A stretch of 32,000 bases of DNA from Xylanibacter ruminicola 23 (GCF_000025925.1 NC_014033.1:30001-62000); one strand, 5' to 3'. Counted from the first letter of the stretch, positions 1 to 8,761 are shown. Numbers and translations: made by a program. The notes: a model not told the origin generated them from the sequence alone.

Positions 1-47
1 CCGGTCTTAATAATGGTTTTTCCACCTTCTTTGATAATCTGTGTCAT
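1..47 (-). CDS. 5' end of an unidentified CDS (first 15 codons, MTQIIKEGGKTIIKT); possibly a STAS-type anti-sigma antagonist, not demonstrable
   Basis: An ATG (reverse complement of 45-47) lies 28 nt downstream of the kinase stop on the same strand, and the frame stays open to the window edge. The fragment is too short to assign a family. Confidence 0.3.
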   Translation of the reverse strand, partial: MTQIIKEGGKTIIKT

Positions 48-75
48 AATTATGTGTTATCTAATTGTTTTGTAA

Positions 76-489
76 TTAATCCTCTAAATCCTTTTTCATG
101 GTGAGCAGGTTCTTGCCCTCCAGGCGCTGATAGGTAACCTCGTTCATGATGTTCTTGACAATGTAGATGCCAAGACCACCCAGTTCGCGATCAGCTGGAT
201 CGGTAGCAGTGTCGATGTCCTCCTTCATGGTGGGGTCAAACTCGCGGCCCTTGTCGCTAAGCACAAATGTGAGCGTGTGGCCAATGCACTCGGCTGTCAA
301 TTCGATGTCGGCAGTTTTTCCTTCGGGATAAGCATAGAAGATAACGTTAGATACCATCTCTTCCATTACCAGGTTCAGGTTCATCAGCAGCTCCATGTCA
401 AGCTGAAGTTCCTCTCCGATCTCTTCGATGAAGGCGTTTACTTTCTCTAACTCGCCTACCTGATTCTTAATCTTAATTTCTTTCTTCAT
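76..489 (-). CDS. anti-sigma regulatory factor, Ser/Thr protein kinase (RsbW/SpoIIAB-like, HATPase_c_2)
   Basis: 137-aa ORF of typical RsbW size. It has an N-box-like EEMVSNVIFYAY, a G1-like DKGREFDP and a G2-like GGLGIYIV. Confidence 0.8.
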   Translation of the reverse strand: MKKEIKIKNQVGELEKVNAFIEEIGEELQLDMELLMNLNLVMEEMVSNVIFYAYPEGKTADIELTAECIGHTLTFVLSDKGREFDPTMKEDIDTATDPADRELGGLGIYIVKNIMNEVTYQRLEGKNLLTMKKDLED

Positions 490-532
490 ATAAAAATGCT
501 AAAATTGGATGTTATAATTCGAATTATTGCTG

Positions 533-540
533 CAAAAGTA
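533..540 (-). promoter_or_regulatory. Bacteroidota -7 promoter box (TACTTTTG on the minus strand) for the RsbW-like gene
   Basis: CAAAAGTA on the plus strand is TAnnTTTG on the minus strand, 43 nt upstream of the ATG at 489. Confidence 0.5.
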
Positions 541-590
541 AGTAAAAAATCTGAATCGAACAAACTTTTAAGAAAAATTTATTTAATAAT

Positions 591-614
591 AAGGTGTTTT
601 TTCTTGAAACACTT
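591..614 (-). terminator. possible weak hairpin terminator at the mlaF 3' end
   Basis: An 8-bp stem with one bulge (591-599 / 607-614) overlaps the mlaF stop codon. An AU-rich tract follows on the minus strand. Confidence 0.3.
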
Positions 615-1386
615 ATAATGAGAGTCCGTTGTCGATAACGATTCGTCGCATATTTTTGAGCAGATCGCTGGCGAAGATAAAGTCGGTTAATCGGGGATTT
701 TCGGCACCCATAACCTGACTGCTTACACCTTGCCATTCCTTATTTCCTTCGTAAATAAAAATGATATTTTCGCCGATGCCCATGACCGAGTTCATGTCGT
801 GGGTGTTTATGATGGTGGTCATGTTGTATTCCTGAGTGATGGAGTGTAACAGCTCATCGATAACAAGCGATGTTTTGGGGTCGAGACCAGAGTTTGGCTC
901 GTCGCAAAACAGATATTTGGGATTGAGGGCGATGGCACGGGCGATGGCAACACGTTTTTGCATACCTCCGGATATCTCGCCAGGGAATTTTTCGTCGGCA
1001 CCAGTCAGGTTTACACGGTCCAAGCAGTCCTGTGCACGGCGGATACGTTCACGTAAGGTCATTGACGAGAACATGTCGAGCGGGAACATCACGTTCTCGA
1101 GAACCGTCATGGAGTCGAAGAGGGCAGCGCTTTGGAATATCATACCCATCTCGCGACGCATCATTACCTTTTCGTGTTTGCTCATGCTTACAAAATTACG
1201 ACCGTCGTACAGAATCTCGCCGCGGGTCGGTTCGAGAAGTCCGACAAGATTTTTCATCAGTACCGTCTTGCCGGAACCGCTCTGTCCGATAATGAGGTTG
1301 GTCTTACCGTCTTCGAATACGGTATTGATGTCTTTCAGGACTTCTCTGTCCTCAAAACTCTTATATAAATGCTTTACTTCGATCAT
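613..1386 (-). CDS. mlaF: ABC transporter ATP-binding protein, MlaF-like (phospholipid/lipid asymmetry transporter)
   Basis: 257 aa with Walker A GQSGSGKT, signature ISGGMQKRVAIARA and Walker B LFCDEP. Its start overlaps the stop of the MlaE-like permease by 4 nt. Confidence 0.88.
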   Translation of the reverse strand: MIEVKHLYKSFEDREVLKDINTVFEDGKTNLIIGQSGSGKTVLMKNLVGLLEPTRGEILYDGRNFVSMSKHEKVMMRREMGMIFQSAALFDSMTVLENVMFPLDMFSSMTLRERIRRAQDCLDRVNLTGADEKFPGEISGGMQKRVAIARAIALNPKYLFCDEPNSGLDPKTSLVIDELLHSITQEYNMTTIINTHDMNSVMGIGENIIFIYEGNKEWQGVSSQVMGAENPRLTDFIFASDLLKNMRRIVIDNGLSL

Positions 1387-2129
1387 GACAGTAACTGGGT
1401 TAAGAAAACATCCGAAAACAGAATGAGTACACTCGAGGTTACTACAGCATCGGTTGATGCCTTACCTACGTTTACACTACCACCCTCGACCGTGTAGCCG
1501 CAGAAGGCTGGCACGCTGGAGATGATGAATGCAAAAAACTGACTTTTGATGATACTCATCCATACGAACCATGGGATGAATGCGTGCTGCAGTCCAGCCG
1601 TCAGGTCGTCGGGTGCGATGATATGTCCTATATAAGCCGTGCCGTAAGCACCAATGATACCTGTGGCCGAAGAGAAGATGACCAGGAATGGCATGATGGT
1701 GAGCAGACCGATGATTTTGGGCAGAATCAGATAGCAGGCCGAATTGATGCCCATAATCTCGAGAGCGTCGATCTGCTGGGTAACACGCATGGTGCCCAGC
1801 TCTGAGGCGATGTTGGAACCTACTTTTCCTGCCAGGATTAAGCACATGATGGAACTTGAGAACTCCAGCAGCAGAATCTCGCGGGTGGTATAGCCGGCAA
1901 CCCAGCGTGGCATCCAAGGGCTCTGAATATTCAGCTTCATCTGAATACAGATGACGGCGCCGATGAAAAATGAGATGATGAGTACGATGCCGATAGAATT
2001 GATGCCCAACTGGGTCATCTCGGTAATGTACTGTTTCAGGAACATTCTCATACGCTCGGGGCGTGAGAAAACACGGCCCATCAGCATCAAATATCGACCA
2101 AAGGTGGTCAGCCATTTATGTAATAACAT
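1383..2129 (-). CDS. mlaE: MlaE-family ABC transporter permease
   Basis: Polytopic membrane ORF with MlaE-like sequence (EMTQLGINSIGIV..., TMRVTQQIDALEIMGI). I chose the ATG at 2129 over the track's TTG at 2138. A -7 box lies 27 nt upstream. Confidence 0.85.
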   Translation of the reverse strand: MLLHKWLTTFGRYLMLMGRVFSRPERMRMFLKQYITEMTQLGINSIGIVLIISFFIGAVICIQMKLNIQSPWMPRWVAGYTTREILLLEFSSSIMCLILAGKVGSNIASELGTMRVTQQIDALEIMGINSACYLILPKIIGLLTIMPFLVIFSSATGIIGAYGTAYIGHIIAPDDLTAGLQHAFIPWFVWMSIIKSQFFAFIISSVPAFCGYTVEGGSVNVGKASTDAVVTSSVLILFSDVFLTQLLS

Positions 2130-2155
2130 TGCAAACAAACTAATTTATTCGGGTG

Positions 2156-2163
2156 CAAAGGTA
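2156..2163 (-). promoter_or_regulatory. -7 promoter box (TACCTTTG on the minus strand) for mlaE-mlaF
   Basis: CAAAGGTA on the plus strand, upstream of the mlaE ATG. Confidence 0.55.
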
Positions 2164-2175
2164 CGAAAAATAAGA

Positions 2176-2246
2176 CACGAATTACGCGAATTAACACGAA
2201 TTATTTCTATTTGAGATTATTTTTCGCGAAATTCGTGTAATTCGTG
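2176..2246. repeat. CGAATT(A) repeat array and 17-bp inverted repeat in the mlaE/lptB divergent control region
   Basis: Direct copies are CACGAATTA 2176-2184, CGCGAATTA 2185-2193 and CACGAATTA 2195-2203. Inverted copies are AATTCGTG ending at 2237 and TAATTCGTG 2238-2246. Arm 2176-2192 matches the reverse complement of arm 2230-2246 at 16 of 17 positions. TTCGCGAA (2223-2230) is a palindrome. Confidence 0.7.
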
Positions 2247-2258
2247 CCAAAAAATAAC

Positions 2259-2266
2259 TAACTTTG
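2259..2266 (+). promoter_or_regulatory. -7 promoter box TAACTTTG for lptB
   Basis: Exact TAnnTTTG, 9 nt upstream of the ATG at 2276. The track's TTG start at 2264 lies inside this box. Confidence 0.55.
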
Positions 2267-2275
2267 CAGCCGATT

Positions 2276-3073
2276 ATGGAAGAAGAGCGTATAGTACTAC
2301 GAACAGAAGGCCTCGTGAAACGCTACGGTAAGCGCACGGTGGTTAACGATGTGAGCTTCGACGTGAAGCAGGGTGAGATTGTGGGACTGCTGGGACCTAA
2401 TGGTGCCGGTAAGACAACCTCGTTCTATATGACCACGGGACTGATTGTTCCCAATGGCGGCCATATTTATCTGGGTGAGGAGGATGTTACCAAATTCCCT
2501 GTTTACAAGCGTGCCCGTGCTGGTATCGGCTATCTGGCTCAGGAGGCCAGCGTGTTCCGTAAGATGACTGTAGAGGATAATATCCTCTCGGTGCTGGAAA
2601 TGACTGGCAAGCCTCGCGACTATCAGCTGAATAAACTGGAGGAGCTTATTAGGGAGTTCCGACTGGAAAAGGTGCGCAAGAACTTAGGCGACCGACTGTC
2701 GGGAGGTGAGCGCCGACGTACAGAGATTGCCCGTTGCTTGGCTATCGAACCAAAGTTTATCATGCTCGACGAGCCTTTTGCTGGTGTTGACCCTATCGCT
2801 GTAGAGGATATCCAGCAGATTGTGTATAAACTGAAATATCTGAACATCGGTATTCTGATTACCGACCATAATGTGGATGAGACGCTGGCTATCACCGATC
2901 GTGCTTATCTGTTGTTCGAAGGTAGAATCCTGTTTCAGGGAACACCAGAAGAGCTGGCGGCTAACCAGATAGTGCGTGAAAAATATCTGACTGAATCGTT
3001 CGAATTGAGAAAGAAAAACTTCCAGCAGATAGAGATGGAGCGCAATGCCAAGGAGCAGGCGGAGAAAAGTTAA
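2276..3073 (+). CDS. lptB: LPS export ABC transporter ATP-binding protein LptB
   Basis: Walker [10 protein letters not shown], LptB-typical [17 protein letters not shown], signature [16 protein letters not shown] and Walker B IMLDEP. The ATG at 2276 is preferred over the TTG at 2264. Confidence 0.9.
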   Translation: MEEERIVLRTEGLVKRYGKRTVVNDVSFDVKQGEIVGLLGPNGAGKTTSFYMTTGLIVPNGGHIYLGEEDVTKFPVYKRARAGIGYLAQEASVFRKMTVEDNILSVLEMTGKPRDYQLNKLEELIREFRLEKVRKNLGDRLSGGERRRTEIARCLAIEPKFIMLDEPFAGVDPIAVEDIQQIVYKLKYLNIGILITDHNVDETLAITDRAYLLFEGRILFQGTPEELAANQIVREKYLTESFELRKKNFQQIEMERNAKEQAEKS

Positions 3074-3085
3074 AAATTGAAAAAT

Positions 3086-3109
3086 CGGCGTTGGTTACGC
3101 CGTTTTTTT
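3086..3109 (+). terminator. intrinsic terminator after lptB
   Basis: Stem CGGCGT (3086-3091) / ACGCCG (3097-3102), 5-nt loop, then T7 (3103-3109). Confidence 0.8.
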
Positions 3110-3110
3110 G

Positions 3111-3118
3111 TACTTTTG
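3111..3118 (+). promoter_or_regulatory. -7 promoter box TACTTTTG for tig
   Basis: TAnnTTTG immediately after the lptB terminator, 44 nt upstream of the tig ATG. Confidence 0.6.
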
Positions 3119-3162
3119 CACCCCAATATTTGAATATATATTATAAATAAGTACATAAGAAG

Positions 3163-4524
3163 ATGAAAATTTCGTTTGAGTGCGCCGACAAGATCAATGG
3201 TCTGTTGACTATGACCGTTGAGAAGGCAGATTATCAGGATGCAGTAGAGAAGCAGCTGAAAAATTATCGTAAGAAAGCACAGGTTCCTGGATTCCGTCCA
3301 GGTATGGTTCCAATGGGAATGATTAAGAAGCAGTATGGCACAGCAGTAAAGGTTGACGAGGTTAACAAGCTGCTGGGCGAGAAGCTGTATGAGTATGTTC
3401 GTGAGAACAAGATCCAGATGCTGGGTGAGCCCCTTCCAAACCAGGAGAAGCAGGTACCCCAGGACTTTGAGAACGCTGATGATCTGACATTCGTGTTCGA
3501 TATTGCCGTAGCTCCTGAGTTCAAGGCTGAGCTGACTGGCAGAGATAAGATTGACTATTACACCATCAAGGTTGATGATAAGATGCTCGACGATCAGGTA
3601 CAGATGTATGCATCGCAGGCTGGTGAGTTCGTTAAGGCTGAGGTATTCAGCGGTAACGATACACTGACTGGTGACATGCGTGAGCTTGACGAGAACGGTA
3701 ACACCAAGGAAGGTGGTATCACTACCGAGGCTGCCATGGTTATGCCTGCTTACATCAAGGCCGACGACCAGAAGAAGCTGTTCGACGGTGCTAAGGCTGG
3801 CGACATCATCACTTTCAACCCTAAGAAGGCTTACCCCGATAACGATGCTGAGGTTGCTGCCCTGCTGAAGGTTAAGAAGGAGGAGGTTAAGGATCTGAAT
3901 GCTGACTTCAGCTTCCAGATTACTGAGATCCGTCACTTCCAGCCTGCAGAGGTTGACCAGAAGCTCTTCGACCGTGTATTCGGTGAGGGTGAGGTTAAGG
4001 ACGAGAAGGCTTTCCGTGCTAAGATTGCTGAGGGTATCGCTCCACAGCTGCAGCAGAATAGCGACTACAAGTTCCTGCTCGATGTTCGTAAGCACATGGA
4101 GAAGAAGGTTGGTAAGCTGGAGTTCCCAGAGGCTCTGCTCAAGCGTGTTATGCTGCAGAATAACCAGGATAAGGGTGCCGACTTCGTAGAGAAGAACTTC
4201 GAGGGTAGCATTAAGGAGCTGGCTTGGCACCTGATTAAGGAGCAGCTGGTTGCCGCTCAGAACATCAAGGTTGAGGAGGCTGACATCAAGAACGTTGCTA
4301 AGGAGGCTATGCGTGCTCAGTTTGCTCAGTACGGTATGAGCAATGTACCCGATGATGTTCTGGAGAACTATGCCAACGAGCAGCTCAAGAAGCGCGAGAA
4401 TATCGACAACTTCGTTGATCGTGCCGTTGACGTTAAGCTTACTGAAGCCCTCAAAAATGTGGTTAAGCTGAATGCAAAAGAGGTCACATTTGAGGAGTTT
4501 AATAAGCTTATGACAGAAAAATAA
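3163..4524 (+). CDS. tig: trigger factor
   Basis: 453 aa. The N-terminal ribosome-binding region carries GFRPGMVP (the GFRxGxxP signature). The gene sits immediately upstream of clpP-clpX, the classical arrangement. Confidence 0.93.
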   Translation: MKISFECADKINGLLTMTVEKADYQDAVEKQLKNYRKKAQVPGFRPGMVPMGMIKKQYGTAVKVDEVNKLLGEKLYEYVRENKIQMLGEPLPNQEKQVPQDFENADDLTFVFDIAVAPEFKAELTGRDKIDYYTIKVDDKMLDDQVQMYASQAGEFVKAEVFSGNDTLTGDMRELDENGNTKEGGITTEAAMVMPAYIKADDQKKLFDGAKAGDIITFNPKKAYPDNDAEVAALLKVKKEEVKDLNADFSFQITEIRHFQPAEVDQKLFDRVFGEGEVKDEKAFRAKIAEGIAPQLQQNSDYKFLLDVRKHMEKKVGKLEFPEALLKRVMLQNNQDKGADFVEKNFEGSIKELAWHLIKEQLVAAQNIKVEEADIKNVAKEAMRAQFAQYGMSNVPDDVLENYANEQLKKRENIDNFVDRAVDVKLTEALKNVVKLNAKEVTFEEFNKLMTEK

Positions 4525-4540
4525 GCTTTTTTAGGAAAAA

Positions 4541-4574
4541 ATAACCCCTAAAATACGAGGGTTATCGACTTTTT
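4541..4574 (+). terminator. possible tig terminator hairpin
   Basis: Stem ATAACCC (4541-4547) / GGGTTAT (4559-4565) with an 11-nt loop. The T5 run (4570-4574) starts 4 nt after the stem, so the terminator is imperfect. Confidence 0.35.
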
Positions 4575-4620
4575 GTATTATCTTTGTGTCCCAAACGCAA
4601 GATGAGGAAGGTCGATAACC
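4560..4620. repeat. perfect 10-bp inverted repeat bracketing the clpP promoter
   Basis: GGTTATCGAC (4560-4569) and GTCGATAACC (4611-4620) with a 41-bp spacer that contains the -7 box. TTTT follows the right arm. Confidence 0.7.
4579..4586 (+). promoter_or_regulatory. -7 promoter box TATCTTTG for clpP-clpX
   Basis: TAnnTTTG, 68 nt upstream of the clpP ATG. Confidence 0.55.
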
Positions 4621-4654
4621 TTTTCTCTATATTAAAAAGAAAGGAATTGATAGT

Positions 4655-5323
4655 ATGAATAATGATTTCAGAAAGTATGCTGTACAGCATTTAGGAATGA
4701 ATGGTCTGGTGGTCGATGATGTAATCAAGGCCCAGAACCAGTACTTGAATCCCTATATTCTTGAGGAGCGCCAGTTGAACGTTACTCAGATGGATGTGTT
4801 CTCACGCTTGATGATGGACCGTATCATTTTCCTTGGTACTCAGATAGACGATTATACCGCCAACACATTGCAGGCACAGCTGCTGTTCCTGGATTCAACC
4901 GACCCTGGTAAGGATATCTCGATTTATATCAACTCACCTGGCGGTAGCGTAACTGCTGGTTTGGGTATCTATGACACTATGCAGTTTATCACCAGCGATG
5001 TGGCTACTATCTGTACAGGTATGGCTGCCTCTATGGGTGCCGTGCTGCTTGTGGCTGGTGCCGAGGGTAAGCGTTCGGCTCTGCCCCACAGTCGTGTGAT
5101 GATTCACCAGCCTCTGGGTGGTGTACAGGGTCAGGCTTCAGATATCGAGATTGAGGCCAAGGAGATTTTGAAGTTCAAGAAAGAGTTATACACTATTATC
5201 TCGGAACATTCGCATACACCATACGATAAGGTTTATGCCGACTCTGACCGTAACTATTGGATGACGGCCGAGGAAGCAAAGGCTTACGGAATGATTGACG
5301 AGGTGCTGATACGGAAGAAATAA
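4655..5323 (+). CDS. clpP: ATP-dependent Clp protease proteolytic subunit ClpP
   Basis: 222 aa with catalytic-Ser context [11 protein letters not shown], His context [10 protein letters not shown] and a conserved RIIFLG motif. Confidence 0.97.
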   Translation: MNNDFRKYAVQHLGMNGLVVDDVIKAQNQYLNPYILEERQLNVTQMDVFSRLMMDRIIFLGTQIDDYTANTLQAQLLFLDSTDPGKDISIYINSPGGSVTAGLGIYDTMQFITSDVATICTGMAASMGAVLLVAGAEGKRSALPHSRVMIHQPLGGVQGQASDIEIEAKEILKFKKELYTIISEHSHTPYDKVYADSDRNYWMTAEEAKAYGMIDEVLIRKK

Positions 5324-6567
5324 TGCCGATGAAGAAAGTATGTAGTTTCTGTGGTAGAGGCGAAAACGAGGTAAAGCTGTTGATCTCGGGCCTTAACGGT
5401 CAGATTTGCGAGAACTGCGTGGAGCAGGCTTATCAGATTATAAATGATAACCTGCGTGAGGCGCCTGTTGCAAAGAAGAAAGGAAAAGCCGCTGAAAAGC
5501 CCGAAAACCTGAAGGTGCCTAAACCCAAGGAAATCAAAGAGTACCTCGACCAGTATGTGATCGGTCAGGACGATGCCAAGCGTTATCTGGCTGTGGCTGT
5601 TTACAACCACTACAAGCGTTTGCAGCAGCCCGTGGATGATGATGGTGTAGAGATTGAGAAGAGTAATATTATTATGGTAGGTAGTACTGGTACGGGTAAA
5701 ACCTTGCTGGCACGTACCATTGCCAAACTGCTTGATGTGCCCTTTACTATTGTAGATGCTACGGTGTTTACCGAGGCTGGCTATGTAGGTGAGGACGTAG
5801 AAAGCATATTGTCACGACTGTTGCAGGTGGCTGATTACAATGTTGAGGCTGCTCAGCGCGGTATCGTGTTTATCGACGAGATAGATAAGATTGCTCGTAA
5901 GAGCGACAACCCTTCTATCACCCGCGACGTTAGTGGCGAGGGCGTGCAGCAGGGATTGTTGAAATTATTAGAGGGTACCATGGTGAATGTTCCACCCAAG
6001 GGTGGCCGTAAGCATCCCGACCAGGATTATATCCATGTAGATACCCGTAATATCCTGTTTATATGCGGTGGCGCCTTTGATGGTATCGAGCGTAAGATTG
6101 CACAGCGTATGAACACCCATGTGGTAGGTTATAACTCGGTAACCAACGTCAGAAAGATTGATAAGAATGATTTGATGAAGTATATCGTTCCTCAGGATCT
6201 GAAGTCGTTCGGACTTATTCCTGAGATTATCGGTCGTCTGCCAGTGCTCACACATCTGAATCCGTTGGACCGTAAGGCATTGGAAAGAATCCTGACTGAG
6301 CCTAAGAATTCTATCATTCGTCAGTACAAGAAACTGTTTGAGATGGATGGTGTTGCGTTGACTTTCGATCAGGAGGCACTCGACACGCTGGTAGACAAGG
6401 CTGTAGAGTACAAGCTTGGTGCTCGCGGACTGCGTTCGATTGTTGAGAGTGTGATGATGGACGCTATGTACGACCTGCCATCGAAGAAAACTAAGAAATT
6501 CAATGTGACGGCTGATTACGTCAGTAAGCAGCTTGATAAATCATACCTCCAGAAGTTGGAAGCCTAA
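5323..6567 (+). CDS. clpX: ATP-dependent Clp protease ATP-binding subunit ClpX
   Basis: N-terminal zinc ribbon CSFCG...CENC, Walker A GSTGTGKT, Walker [10 protein letters not shown]. Its start overlaps the clpP stop (TAATG). Confidence 0.97.
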   Translation: MPMKKVCSFCGRGENEVKLLISGLNGQICENCVEQAYQIINDNLREAPVAKKKGKAAEKPENLKVPKPKEIKEYLDQYVIGQDDAKRYLAVAVYNHYKRLQQPVDDDGVEIEKSNIIMVGSTGTGKTLLARTIAKLLDVPFTIVDATVFTEAGYVGEDVESILSRLLQVADYNVEAAQRGIVFIDEIDKIARKSDNPSITRDVSGEGVQQGLLKLLEGTMVNVPPKGGRKHPDQDYIHVDTRNILFICGGAFDGIERKIAQRMNTHVVGYNSVTNVRKIDKNDLMKYIVPQDLKSFGLIPEIIGRLPVLTHLNPLDRKALERILTEPKNSIIRQYKKLFEMDGVALTFDQEALDTLVDKAVEYKLGARGLRSIVESVMMDAMYDLPSKKTKKFNVTADYVSKQLDKSYLQKLEA

Positions 6568-6580
6568 CTAACTATAATAT

Positions 6581-8761
6581 ATGAGCGAAAAGATGAATCT
6601 CACAGCAGCCCTGAAGAAGTACTTTGGATTCGACACATTCAAAGGCGATCAGGAGCGTATTATCCAGAACCTGATGGATGGCAACGATACCTTTGTGCTG
6701 ATGCCAACAGGCGGTGGAAAATCATTGTGCTACCAGTTGCCCTCGCTACTGATGGAGGGTACAGCCATTGTGATTTCGCCGCTGATTGCGCTGATGAAGA
6801 ATCAGGTGGATGTGATTACCAGCATGAGCGAAACCGAGGGTACTGCCCACTACCTGAACTCGTCGCTGAACAAAGCGGCTATTGATCAGGTGAAATCGGA
6901 TGTGATGGCTGGTAGAACCAAACTGTTATATGTTGCTCCAGAGTCGTTGACAAAAGAAGAGAACGTAGAGTTCCTGCGTTCGGTTAAGATATCTTTCTAT
7001 GCCATCGATGAGGCTCACTGTATTTCAGAATGGGGTCACGATTTCCGTCCTGAGTATCGCAAAATCCGTCCTATCGTAAATGAAATAGGTAAGGCACCTA
7101 TCATTGCGCTTACGGCTACTGCTACCGATAAGGTTCGTACTGATATCAAGAAAAACCTTGGTATTGTGGATGCTGCTGAGTTCAAAAGCTCGTTCAACCG
7201 TCCGAATCTGTATTACGAGGTACGTCCAAAGACTGCGAATGTAGATAAGGATATCATCAAGTTCATTAAGCAGCACCCAGGAAAGAGCGGCATTATCTAC
7301 TGCCTGTCGAGAAAGAAGGTAGAAGAGTTGGCCGAGATCCTGCGTGTGAATGGTATTAAGGCTGCTGCCTATCATGCCGGACTTGACTCGAATACACGTT
7401 CGAATACCCAGGATGAGTTCCTGATGGAGAATATCGATGTGATTGTGGCTACCATCGCCTTTGGTATGGGTATCGATAAGCCCGATGTGCGCTTTGTGAT
7501 TCACTACGACATACCTAAGTCGTTGGAAGGCTATTATCAGGAAACTGGTCGTGCCGGACGTGACGGTGGCGAGGGAATCTGCCTGGCCTTCTACTCGTAT
7601 AAGGACTTGCAGAAGCTCGATAAGTTTATGGAGGGTAAACCTGTGGCCGAGCAGGATATCGGTCGTCAGTTGTTGGTTGAGACCGCTGCTTATGCTGAGA
7701 CGTCGGTTTGTCGCCGTAAGATGTTGTTACACTATTTCGGTGAGACCTACGAGAAGGATAACTGTGGTAACTGCGACAACTGTCTGCACCCCAAGACCAA
7801 GATCGAAGCTCAGGAACAGTTGGTTATTGTACTGAAGACGATCCAGGTTATCAAGGAGAATTTCCGCTCGGACTATGTGATTGACTTTATTATCGGTAAA
7901 CCTACCGAAGAGATTCTGGCTCATCATCACGACGAGCAGGAACTGTTTGGTGCTGGAGCCGATGACGATGAGAAGATTTGGAACCCAGTAATCCGTCAGG
8001 CGCTGATAGCCGGCTACCTGCGTAAAGAGGTAGAGAACTACGGACTGCTGAAACTGACTGCCGCTGGTAAGAAGTTTATAAAGGCTCCCAAATCGTTTAT
8101 GATCGTGAAGGATGCTGAATTTAACGACGACTATGAGTCGGCTGATCAGGAGGGTGGACTAAGCGCCCTTGATCCTGTGCTGACGGCTATGTTGCTTGAC
8201 CTTCGTAAGAAGGTTTCGCGACAGTTAGGTCGTCCACCTTACGTTATCTTCCAGGATGTGTCGATCGACCAGATGGCAACCGACTATCCCATCACACTCG
8301 AGGAGCTGAAGTGTATCCAGGGTGTGGGCGAAGGTAAGGTTAAGCAGCCTTATGCTCAAGAGTTTGTAGACCTGATTAAGGCCTACTGCGAAGAGAATGA
8401 GATTGAACGACAGGTTGACATGCGCGTGCGTACCGTTGCTAAAAAGTCAATGCTGAAAGTCAAGATTATCCAGAGTATCGATCGTCAGATAGCACTCGAC
8501 GATATCGCTGAAGCACAGGGTATTGAGTTCGAGGAACTGCTCGACGAGGTTGAGGCAATCGTTTATAGCGGTACCAAACTGGATATTGATTACTTCCTTG
8601 AGGAGGTAATGGATGAAGATCACGTAGATGATATCTACGACTACTTTGCCGAGAGCGAAACCGATAAGCTGAGTGTGGCTGAGGAAGAGCTTGGCGAGGA
8701 CTACTCGGAAGACGAAATCCGACTGGTACGCATTAAGTTCATTTCGGAGATGGCGAACTAA
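6581..8761 (+). CDS. recQ: ATP-dependent DNA helicase RecQ
   Basis: 726 aa with helicase motifs MPTGGGKSLCYQLP, DEAHCISEWGHDFRPEY, TATAT and ATIAFGMGIDKPDVRFVIH. It also has an RQC zinc cluster (C..C..C..C) and an HRDC-like region, plus an acidic C-terminal extension. Confidence 0.95.
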   Translation: MSEKMNLTAALKKYFGFDTFKGDQERIIQNLMDGNDTFVLMPTGGGKSLCYQLPSLLMEGTAIVISPLIALMKNQVDVITSMSETEGTAHYLNSSLNKAAIDQVKSDVMAGRTKLLYVAPESLTKEENVEFLRSVKISFYAIDEAHCISEWGHDFRPEYRKIRPIVNEIGKAPIIALTATATDKVRTDIKKNLGIVDAAEFKSSFNRPNLYYEVRPKTANVDKDIIKFIKQHPGKSGIIYCLSRKKVEELAEILRVNGIKAAAYHAGLDSNTRSNTQDEFLMENIDVIVATIAFGMGIDKPDVRFVIHYDIPKSLEGYYQETGRAGRDGGEGICLAFYSYKDLQKLDKFMEGKPVAEQDIGRQLLVETAAYAETSVCRRKMLLHYFGETYEKDNCGNCDNCLHPKTKIEAQEQLVIVLKTIQVIKENFRSDYVIDFIIGKPTEEILAHHHDEQELFGAGADDDEKIWNPVIRQALIAGYLRKEVENYGLLKLTAAGKKFIKAPKSFMIVKDAEFNDDYESADQEGGLSALDPVLTAMLLDLRKKVSRQLGRPPYVIFQDVSIDQMATDYPITLEELKCIQGVGEGKVKQPYAQEFVDLIKAYCEENEIERQVDMRVRTVAKKSMLKVKIIQSIDRQIALDDIAEAQGIEFEELLDEVEAIVYSGTKLDIDYFLEEVMDEDHVDDIYDYFAESETDKLSVAEEELGEDYSEDEIRLVRIKFISEMAN

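Noticed and set aside
524-736. A 70-aa minus-strand ORF spanning the mlaF 3' end and the downstream spacer.
   Set aside because: It overlaps mlaF out of frame and covers the promoter of the RsbW-like gene, and it has an Arg/Gln-rich junk composition.
3070-4230. A 386-aa ORF antisense to tig. There are similar long antisense or alternative-frame ORFs at 836-1426 (+), 1477-2115 (-), 8806-9570 (-), 13110-14111 (-), 15342-16100 (-), 22880-23581 (-) and 24349-25113 (-).
   Set aside because: Each lies entirely inside a confidently identified, motif-bearing gene. Their translations are low-complexity (Leu/Ser/Val/His-rich) with no recognisable motifs, promoters or independent start context. They are shadow ORFs produced by the codon bias of the real gene.
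8560-8761. An acidic ~65-aa C-terminal tail on RecQ, considered as a possible fusion or novel domain.
   Set aside because: From memory, long RecQ forms of about 720 aa with extra C-terminal sequence after the HRDC domain are common in Bacteroidota. Nothing in the sequence indicates a fusion junction or frameshift. I could not verify this without a database search.
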